A program made the position numbers and the translations under genes. Below are positions 8,409-15,838 of a stretch of DNA of 15,838 nucleotides, one piece after another (the first letter of the stretch is position 1; every line of letters begins with the position of its first letter). The notes below the pieces were generated by a model. It saw only the letters and a program-made list of their open reading frames with translations. It had not been told where the DNA came from and searched no databases. The stretch lies in NCBI RefSeq assembly GCF_006345805.1, contig NW_021825317.1:1-15838 (forward strand), read 5' to 3'. The stretch comes from Octopus sinensis. Lineage: Eukaryota.

Positions 8409-8502
8409 CATGTTTATCCTGATGAGGGGGTCATCGCCGTGATGCACTTTAATGTAAATGAACTACGGTGGTGAGCTCCCGAAATGGCCATACATATATG
8501 TG
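8409..8502 (+). ncRNA. Type I hammerhead ribozyme-like motif with canonical core and long stem II
   Basis: CTGATGA at 8419-8425. Stem II pairs GGGGG-TCATCGCCGT (8426-8440) with ACGGTGGTGA-GCT-CCC (8465-8480), with G.U wobbles on the + strand. GAAA lies at 8481-8484, palindromic stem III is ATGGCCAT (8484-8491) and the putative cut follows A8492. Stem I (8409-8418/8493-8502) pairs 8 of 10 positions, with a C.C mismatch next to the cut. Confidence 0.7.
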
Positions 8503-8508
8503 AATGTT

Positions 8509-8668
8509 GAATTTGACCGGTGATATCTGTTTATTGTGAACTTTGAACATACTTGTGTAAGGGGAGTAAAATACTTTTTTTCAAGATGTATGTGAATTTG
8601 ACCTGTGGATGTCTGTTTACTTATGAACGTTGGACGTACCTGTGTGAGGGAAGTAAAAAACTGTTTCA
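8509..8668. repeat. Diverged tandem duplication, period ~85 bp (2 copies)
   Basis: GAATTTGACC at 8509 and 8594, each followed by ..TCTGTTTA..TGAAC.TTG.AC.TAC.TGTGT.AGGG.AGTAAAA.ACT.TTTCA. Confidence 0.8.
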
Positions 8669-9307
8669 TATATTAAAAAAAATATATTTTTAATAATTTT
8701 TTTTTAATATTTTAATCGTCAGATAAAATCTTTTAGGTCGGTGGACACTTATTTTATTTTATTTCATTTTATATTTTTATTTTTATTCTATATTTGTCCA
8801 GTAGGCTTTCATGATTTTGAATTTTTAGTCGTTATATGTAACTTTTGATAAGCCGTTCTATTAGCATTTTATTAGGATATATATATATATATTTACATTC
8901 TTTGATTTTATGTATACGTATTATTTTTGTGTGTTTGTAAAGCATGGTGTTTTTTTTTATATATAATTAAATGTTTGAGGGGTGGTGTTGTATGTAAAGT
9001 CGTTGACCGAAAATTAATGTTTGTTCTATAACTAATGCTTCTTTATACAGACACACATATATATATACACCACATATATGTGTGTATATATATGTATATA
9101 TATATAATATATAATATATATAGAGTGTGTGTGTGTGTGGGTGTGGTGTGTGTGTGGGTGTGTGTGTTGGGTGTGTGTGTGTATATATGTATATATATAT
9201 AACTTCACGGCAGGAGGTGCAGATGAAGGCAGCTGCATCGAACTCTCTCATGCACCAGATGGCATTCGCTAAAAAGCATTCGTGAAGTAAAATCATGTAG
9301 CAACACC

Positions 9308-9372
9308 AAATGGCGGTGCCCCAGCATGGCCACAGCTTGTGAGCTGAAACTAAATAAATAAATGAAATAAAA
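9308..9372 (+). mobile_element. Retroposon 3' tail (same as 7203-7269), possibly with upstream LINE 3' sequence from ~9200
   Basis: AAATGGCGGTGCCCCAGCATGGCCACAGCTTGTGAGCTGAAACTAAATAAATAAA. Confidence 0.7.
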
Positions 9373-9400
9373 CTAAATATATATATATGTGTGTGTGTGT

Positions 9401-9556
9401 GTAGACCCCATTGGTCTACTAGTTCTTAATTTATCGGCCCCGAAAGGATGAAAGGCAAAGTCGACCTCGGCAGAATTTGAACTCAGGACGTAGCGTCGGG
9501 CGAAATACCGCTAAGTATTTCGTCCGTCGTGCTAACGATTCTGTCAGCTCGCCACC
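9401..9556 (-). mobile_element. SINE family B copy, 3'-truncated or variant
   Basis: Reverse complement of the head GGTGGCGAGCTGACAGAATCGTTAGCACG, the B-box GAGTTCAAATTCTG and the body GCCTTTCATCCTTTCGGGGCCGATAAATTAAG. Confidence 0.85.
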
Positions 9557-9557
<1 letters not shown>

Positions 9558-9594
<37 letters not shown>

Positions 9595-9672
9595 TAATAA
9601 TAATAATAATAATATAATAATAAAAATAATAATAATAACAATAATAATAATAACATAATAATAATAATAATA

Positions 9673-9707
<35 letters not shown>

Positions 9708-9793
9708 TAATAATATTAATAATAATAATAACAATAATAATAATAATCATAATAATAACAATAATAATAAAAATAAAAATAACAATAATAATG

Positions 9794-9845
<52 letters not shown>

Positions 9846-9949
9846 TAATAATAATAAAAATAACAATAATAATAATAATAACAATAATAACAATAATAAT
9901 AATAAAAATAACAATAATAATAATAATAATAGTAATGATGATGATGATG

Positions 9950-10013
<64 letters not shown>

Positions 10014-10020
10014 TAAATAA
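9558..10020. repeat. (AAT)n microsatellite with AAC and GAT variants
   Basis: Read directly; it explains the poly-Ile and poly-Tyr ORFs. Confidence 0.97.
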
Positions 10021-10035
10021 ATGCCCTGATGTTGG

Positions 10036-10112
10036 CTCCGGTGGAACTTGAACTCAGAACACGGAGATGGGCGAAATGCCGTTTAAGCATTTTGCCCGGC
10101 GTGCTAACGATG
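10036..10112 (-). mobile_element. SINE family B head fragment
   Basis: GGAACTTGAACTCAGAAC...GGGCGAAATGCCG..TAAGCATTTTGCCCGGCGTGCTAACGA matches 12634-12700. Confidence 0.75.
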
Positions 10113-10624
10113 ATTCTACGAGAGAAGAGAGAGAAAGTGGGACATAGCAGGCATATATACATATACACTCGTTGTACAAATAGACATAAACATACAATTT
10201 CTATGCATTTTAAATGTAAAACTTTTCAGCAGGTCATGTGTGAAACGATGACCTTGCGCATTGAAGCGGGACAAAATGAAAGGAAGAACAAGGTCATCAC
10301 GTGATATCACACATGGACAGCATGCTATCGTACACAGCACGTTCCCCGCTGCACACAACAACACCATACGATACGACCAAATCACACCACCAATTGTTTG
10401 AATGCAACCAAACCCCACCACCAATTGTTAAATAGCAGCCAAATCTCATTGTCCCAGATTAAAAGGTGGGGGAAAAAAAAGAAACAGCGAAAGGATGAAA
10501 GTACACCTTGCAGAATGTAATTCTGTGTATATTAAATAGCACGGGACGATCACAGCTGGAACGCTTTTTGATCGTTGGTCTGTTCAGCCTTGACTTTACC
10601 TTGTGCTAAATAACATCATCAATA

Positions 10625-10770
10625 ACCTATTTCTTTATTACCCACAAGGGGCCAAACATAGAGGGGACAAACATGGACAGACATAGGTATTAAGTCGATT
10701 ACATTGACCTCAGTACGTAACTGGTACTTAATTTATCGACCTCCGAGAGGATGAAAGGCAAAGTGGACCT
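10625..10770 (-). mobile_element. Headless SINE family B body
   Basis: Reverse complement of the unit at 995-1143, from AGGTC.ACTTTGCC to AAAGAAATAGGT. Confidence 0.85.
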
Positions 10771-10771
10771 A

Positions 10772-11690
10772 ACCATGTCACACAACGCTTCCATGTAACA
10801 AAACATACACAAGTCACACCGCGATACCACACAACATGTCATTTAAATACAGACTAAAACAACACCGCACCACAATACCAGCACTAAATACAACACAGTA
10901 TCACATCATACAACGTCGCACAACACTACAACACACAACGCTACAACATAGAACCACACAACATCGTCCACAACACAACACCACATTACACGATTACACC
11001 TCACCGTGCCACCACGCAACACAACACTCCCTACATGACATCACACAACACAACTCAACGTCGTCGGAAGAACTACACTACACAGTAACACTCAATACCA
11101 CACAACGTCATCACACAATACCACACAACAAAACATATCGCCACATGAGGTCGTCGCACAGCAGTACATTACACCATACAACACCACGTCACACAACACC
11201 ATATGCTACTACACTTCACGACACTACCACACTACGCCAGACAACACCTCACAACAAATACCACACAACATTATACAACACTACACCTCACAACGCCACC
11301 ACTCCACATCACACAACACCAAAACACCACACATTATACAACACTATACCTCACAACGTCACCACACCATGTCACACAACAACAGCTCACAACTCCAAAA
11401 CACCACACCATGTTACACAACACCTCATAACACTAAACATCACACAACACCATATAACACTACACCTCACAACGCCACCACACCACGTTACACAACACCT
11501 CATAACACCAAACACCACAGACCACCATACAACACTACACCTTACAACGCCACTACAGTGCACCTCACAACGTCATCACACTATACAACACTACACACCC
11601 CATACACACCACCACTACACCAACCACTTCAGATCACACAGCACCCAAGCCACATCACACTGTCACACACCCCAACTCTATTCCATAAGC
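10772..11690. repeat. Degenerate CA-rich (CACAA/CACCA-like) low-complexity tract with a minisatellite sub-region
   Basis: Read directly. The motif TACAACACTACACCTCACAACGCCACC recurs near 11272, 11335, 11452 and 11527. Confidence 0.85.
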
Positions 11691-12486
11691 ATTACTGGAT
11701 CTTTTCTGTTTGGCTGCCACTTTTCAGTTTCTTCAATTTTCTCACAATTCATTTCAAATTTGGTGTATTGATGTAGTTTGTATGCTTATTATTGACATGA
11801 AATTCATTTTCGTCATAAATCAATACGTAAGCTGTTAAAAGCTTTTAAAATTTGCAAATTTTGGCTAGTTTTAGACAATTGAGAGCCACAGATATATTGG
11901 TACCTGTTTCCATAGTAACAAGCTAAGCGTTGGGAACTCTCCTGCACAAACCACAAGTGTTTACGATAAATATTTCATTTATTTACGGTTTGCTTTTTCT
12001 GCACTTAAAACTACAAAATGTGTTGTTCATTCTTTGTTGTTGGTTTTTTTTTTTGGTTTTTTCGCATTAAATGGCTACAGAATCCTCTACGTGCACGCTC
12101 GATCAGCCAGAAATAGCAACCAAATCGCATCTTTTCGAAAACGACACGTGATTTAAACGTGATCTGGTGAACGCTATTCTTACCTTCCCACTCACCCACA
12201 AAAAAAAATGAAGTCGGTGTAGTTATGGTTTGATTGTCTTTCATCACAGATTACACGTCTAAAGTCACCTGGGGTTGTTAAGCACATGCAAGTACATCAA
12301 TATCAAGAGCGACAAGTACCACGCTTCCCCAGCAACGACGACCAAGGAAAATGGTGCGGCATGGTGGTATGGTGGTTTCGTGATATGTTATGGTGGTGTA
12401 GTGTTTTGTAATGTAGTATTGTAATGGTAGTAGTAGTGGTGGCAGTGTGGCATAGAGTGATACAGTGTGAGATAGCTTTATATATA

Positions 12487-12717
12487 TATTTCTTTACCAC
12501 CCACAAGGGGCTAAACACAGAGGGGACAAACAAGGACAGACAAAGAGATTAAGTCGATTACATCAACCCCAGTGCGTAACTGGTACTTAATTTATCGACC
12601 CCGGAAGGATGAAAGGCAAAGTCGACCTCGGCGGAATTTGAACTCAGAACGTAACGACAGACGAAATACGGCTACGCATTTCGCCCGGCGTGCTAACGTT
12701 TCTGCCAGCTCGCCGCC
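12487..12717 (-). mobile_element. Full-length monomeric SINE family B
   Basis: The complete head and body match 909-1139. Probable TSD ATA(G/A)CTTTATATATATA at 12472-12488 and 12718-12734. Confidence 0.9.
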
Positions 12718-12734
12718 ATAACTTTATATATATA

Positions 12735-13031
12735 GTAGCAGTATCGCCCAGCGTTGCTCGGGTTTGTAAGGGAAATAACTATATAAGCATTTTTAGAGAG
12801 TTACTTCCCTTATATAATAGCAAAAAAATACATTAAAAATGGGAAAAAATGGTGGTAATTTTTTTTTAATCGTAGACTCATCGTAGACGCGCGCTAATAC
12901 CCAGAAGGGCTCGATATGAATCACGACTATAAGATACCCGCTTTTGGTTAAACTGCATCGCAAAATGTGGGAGTAGTTAGGAATCTAAATCGTAGGAGGC
13001 AGACACACAACTTCACTTTTATAGATAAAGA
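12735..13031 (-). mobile_element. Non-autonomous Helitron, second copy (297 bp)
   Basis: Collinear with 1726-2125. It has 5' TC at 13031, the same 3' hairpin, a 3' end CTAC (mutated CTAG), an A|T insertion site and a single internal ~100-bp unit. Confidence 0.85.
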
Positions 13032-13139
13032 TGAGTGTGTGTGTGTGTATGTGTGTGTGTGTGTATGTGTGTGTGTGTATGTATTTATATAACCGGTCAT
13101 TTCGTCATCTTGAACCATTAATCCCTACACATTTTCCTA

Positions 13140-13288
13140 TCTCCGTTTTATTTTTCTTTGTTCTCCATTTTTTTCTCTAATCTGTTTCTGTCGAAGGGTG
13201 TAGGCTCGAAACGTCAAAGACTTTTCTATTCTTCCTGAGCGTCAAACTAATACACCTGCTTGTTCATTCACCTGTCTTCATCTTGAAC
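13140..13288 (+). mobile_element. Diverged family D copy
   Basis: CTGTCGAAGGGTGTAGGCTCGAAACGTCAAAGAC...TTCCTGAGCG.CA.ACTAATACA...CACCTG.CTTCATCTT aligns to 4433-4535 and to the right arm. Confidence 0.75.
13184..13221 (+). ncRNA. Minimal type I hammerhead-like motif (family D, third copy)
   Basis: GTTT-CTGTCGA-A-GGGT-GTAG-GCTC-GAAA-CGT-C^AAAGAC. Stem II keeps pairing through two G.U wobbles, the cleavage triplet is the preferred GUC (13213-13215) and core position 6 is again U. Confidence 0.6.
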
Positions 13289-13429
13289 TCTCTCTCTCTC
13301 TCCATATATATATATATATATGTGTGTGTGTGTTGTGTGTGTATGTGTGTGTGTGTGTATGTGTGTGTATGTGTATGTATGTATGGTTGTGGAAGTGGGG
13401 ATGGGTGTGTGTGTCTGTGCGTGTGTAGA

Positions 13430-13835
13430 AGTGGTGGCTGTTGTTGTGGTGGTGGTGGTGGGGGTGGCCGTTGGGTGGAAGTGGTGGTGGTAGTTGTGGG
13501 TGTGGAGATGCGTGAAGTGGTAGTGGTGGTGGTGGTTGTGGAAGTGGTGGTTGTAGTGGTGATGGTTGTGGTGGTGATGGTGGTGGTGGTGATGGTTGTG
13601 GTGGTGATGGTTGTGGTGTTGATGTTTGTGGTGGTGATGGTGGTGTTGGTGATGACGGTGACGATGATGATAATGATAATGATGGTGGTGGTGGTGGCGG
13701 TGGTAGTTATGAGGTGGGGGGCTGCGTGAAGTGGTAGTGGTGGTTGTAGAAGCGGTGGTGGTGGTAGTGGTGATAGCGATGACGGTGATGACGATGATGA
13801 TAATGATAATGATGGTGGTGGTGGTGGTGGTGGTG
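13430..13835. repeat. (GTG)n/(GAT)n compound trinucleotide tract with a partial internal duplication
   Basis: GCGTGAAGTGGTAGTGG at ~13510 and ~13723; GATGACGGTG..GATGATAATGATAATGATGGTGG at ~13651 and ~13778. Confidence 0.9.
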
Positions 13836-14297
13836 AGTTTTACTGTTATTGTTTGTGTGTTTTGTGTTTGTTCCCCTGTAGTGTTTGTTTACTCTTGTTG
13901 CTGCCACAGTTGCTGTTGCTGTTGTTGTTGTTGTTGTTGTTGCTGCTTATTCAAACGTTTACTGACGTCATTTCATTTTATTTTTTTTTGTCTCTTCTGG
14001 TAATCAAAACTCATATCTGTACGTACGTTGTTGTTATTGTTGCTGTTTATGATGATGATGATGATGATGTGCGCATGTGTGTGTGTGCGCGTGTGTGCGC
14101 ATGCGCGGGTGTTCAGGCTTGGTTTGTCTACGTTACGTATTTAATGTAGCTGCGCACACGTGACTCAATAAATGTCTGCGCGCCAGCGTGTATATGTGCG
14201 AGTGTGTGTATGTGTGTGTGAGTGTTTTGTGTTTGTAAACATATGCATGCATATACACAGACACGCATGTACACACACAAGCACACACACACACACG

Positions 14298-14335
<38 letters not shown>

Positions 14336-14370
14336 TACACACACACTTGATTAAGTTCAAAAATGTAAAC

Positions 14371-14438
14371 GTGGAGCTTTTAGGTGTTTTCGCTCAATAA
14401 ACACTCACAACGCCCGGTCTGGGAATCGAAACCGCGAT
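14371..14438 (-). mobile_element. Internal fragment of the SINE family C/C2 head
   Basis: GTGGAGCTTT.AGGTGTTTTCGCTCAATAAACAC.CACAACGCCCGGTCTGGGAATCGAAACCGCGAT matches 8196-8263. Confidence 0.85.
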
Positions 14439-14997
14439 ACATATATATATATATATGCAATAATATTCGTCGATTCAACCATAACTTCTTTACATTGTGT
14501 TTTCATTTCGGTTTTATAAATATAACCCGAATGTAACTATCTGCAGAAGGAACGGTGCCTTTAAGCAGAAATCCTTGTTTTTGCGAACCTTTCTGAATCA
14601 TAACTCAATCCAGTTTCAGGTTTTGTTTGTAGTGAATATTGTATTGCGGTCTTTATGGATCTTGTGGTAACATTTACATTTAATAAACGAGTAATACAAC
14701 ACCAAAAAATGCCAATATTTCTGATAATATTTTTAAAATGTAATTGTAGAGATACGATTTCATTACCACTGGAAACGAATGTCTCCGTAAACACATTGTA
14801 TACAAATGCTCTGTCCAGACTGAAGCATGGAATATACAGGAAATTCTTTCAAGGATCGATGGCGTATCTATGTTGCATATTTACAAATGTAAATAAGGAA
14901 CATTACACTTCTCTGGCTAGCCTCATCTGGAATAAGAACTGTGTATTCGTATGGTGATACCACCAGGTGATGCGATCTCTGTCTGAAAGAAACATTA

Positions 14998-15168
14998 TGT
15001 GTGGTAAGTAGCTTGCTTACGAACCACATGATTCCGGCTCCAGTCCCACTGCGTGACACCTTAGACAAGTGTCTTCTACTATAGCCTCGAGCCGATCAAA
15101 GCCTTGTGAGTGGATTTGGTAGACGGAAACTGAAAGAAGCCCGTCGTATATATGTATATATATATATG

Positions 15169-15212
<44 letters not shown>

Positions 15213-15270
15213 ATGTATGTATGTATGTATGTATGTATGTGTGTGTGTGTGTTTGTGTGTCTGTTTCTCC
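14998..15270 (+). mobile_element. SINE family A copy truncated at both ends
   Basis: TGTGTGGTAAGTAGCTTGCTTAC...GAAGCCCGTCGTATAT followed by an (AT)(GT)(GTAT)(GT) internal microsatellite; it is the reverse complement of ~595-803. Confidence 0.88.
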
Positions 15271-15500
15271 CCCGAGATCGTCGTCGTACCTCCCTTCCAC
15301 TAATCCCCTATAGAATGCTTTGGTTGTGGTGAAGTCGCTCAAGGTTGACTCGGGACGGCATAGTTGTTTGAGAGCAACGCGACACTCGCGCTGCCATTCG
15401 CCCTTTCTCGGCCTCTTTTTGATGCATGACTGCAGTTCGGTCATGGAGACGAGCTGCGGGAAAGCGTGCCTCACAAGCGGCGACCACACCTGTGGAATTT
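15271..15500 (-). pseudogene. Probable non-LTR retrotransposon (L1/Tx1-like) ORF2 fragment downstream of the RT domain
   Basis: Stop-free, GC-rich, protein-like frame QVWSPLVRHAFPQLVSMTELQSCIKKRPRKGEWQRECRVALKQLCRPESTLSDFTTTKAFYRGLVEGRYDD (part of ORF 15079-15552), bounded by SINEs on both sides. The clade assignment is from recollection only; no catalytic motif is present. Confidence 0.45.
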
Positions 15501-15515
15501 CGTTCATTTCATAGT

Positions 15516-15685
15516 GGCATTTCGTCCATCTTTGTTTACGTTCTGGGTTCAAATTCCATCGAGGACGACTTTGCTTTCATCATTTTGGGGTCGGTAAATT
15601 AAGTAACCAGTTAAATACTGGGGTCGATGTAATCGACTATTTCCCTGCCCCAAATTTCAGGCCTTGTGCCTATAGTAAAAAGGAT
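15516..15685 (+). mobile_element. SINE family B variant with a different 3' tail (B2), head-truncated
   Basis: Shares TTTCGTC..TACGTTCTG.GTTCAAATTCC..GAGG.CGACTTTGC..GGGGTCGATGTAATCGACT with family B. It then has CCCAAATTTCAGGCCTTGTGCCTATAGTAAAAAGG plus (ATC)n(ATT)n. Confidence 0.8.
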
Positions 15686-15752
15686 CATCATCATCATCAT
15701 CATCATCATCATATTATTATTATTATTATATTATTATTATTATTATTATTAA

Positions 15753-15838
<86 letters not shown>
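15686..15838. repeat. (ATC)n-(ATT)n microsatellite tail
   Basis: Read directly from the sequence. Confidence 0.95.

Noticed and set aside
8661-8722. Minus-strand CTGACGA ... GAAAC with a 13-bp A/T hairpin between them, resembling a third hammerhead
   Set aside because: Stem II is made of poly-A/poly-T and is offset from the core, and there is no proper stem I or NUH site. It is probably chance in AT-rich DNA.
9200-9307. Possible LINE or mariner C-terminal coding remnant (QMKAAASNSLMHQ)
   Set aside because: It fits two different families equally weakly, so it is not supportable.
10430-10447. AAATAGCAGCCAAATCTC, similar to AAATAGCAACCAAATCGC at 12111-12128, suggesting another old repeat family
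   Set aside because: The shared stretch is too short to define boundaries or a family from this window alone.
10836-11776. 311-aa and 135-aa His/Thr-rich ORFs
   Set aside because: They arise from a G-poor CA-rich low-complexity tract in which stops are rare, and there are no splice or domain signals.
13283-14149. Poly-Val/Met/His/Cys ORFs and a GTGAGT donor-like site at ~13833
   Set aside because: These are simple trinucleotide repeats, and the donor-like hexamer is at the end of a (GTG)n run with no supported exon.

Overview
This is eukaryotic, repeat-saturated intergenic or intronic DNA with no intact protein-coding gene. The SINE families look like those I recall from octopus genomes (inference; no database search was run). 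All long ORFs in the track are translations of microsatellites or low-complexity tracts. The window holds several tRNA-derived SINE families, four copies with clear 12-18 bp target-site duplications (TSDs). It also holds two non-autonomous Helitrons, a TIR element with a fold-back arm, a deleted mariner, a probable LINE ORF2 fragment and decayed Penelope-like (PLE) GIY-YIG coding remnants. The most interesting signal is two different hammerhead-ribozyme (HHR)-like motifs. The first is a short non-coding repeat family (3 copies, two forming a ~475-bp palindrome embedded in (TA)n) carrying a minimal type I HHR fold with a non-canonical CUGUYGA core. The second is a canonical-core CUGAUGA HHR with a long stem II, lying just downstream of a probable PLE ORF end and bracketed by 38-bp inverted repeats. 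All family names come from manual reading and translation and need confirmation.
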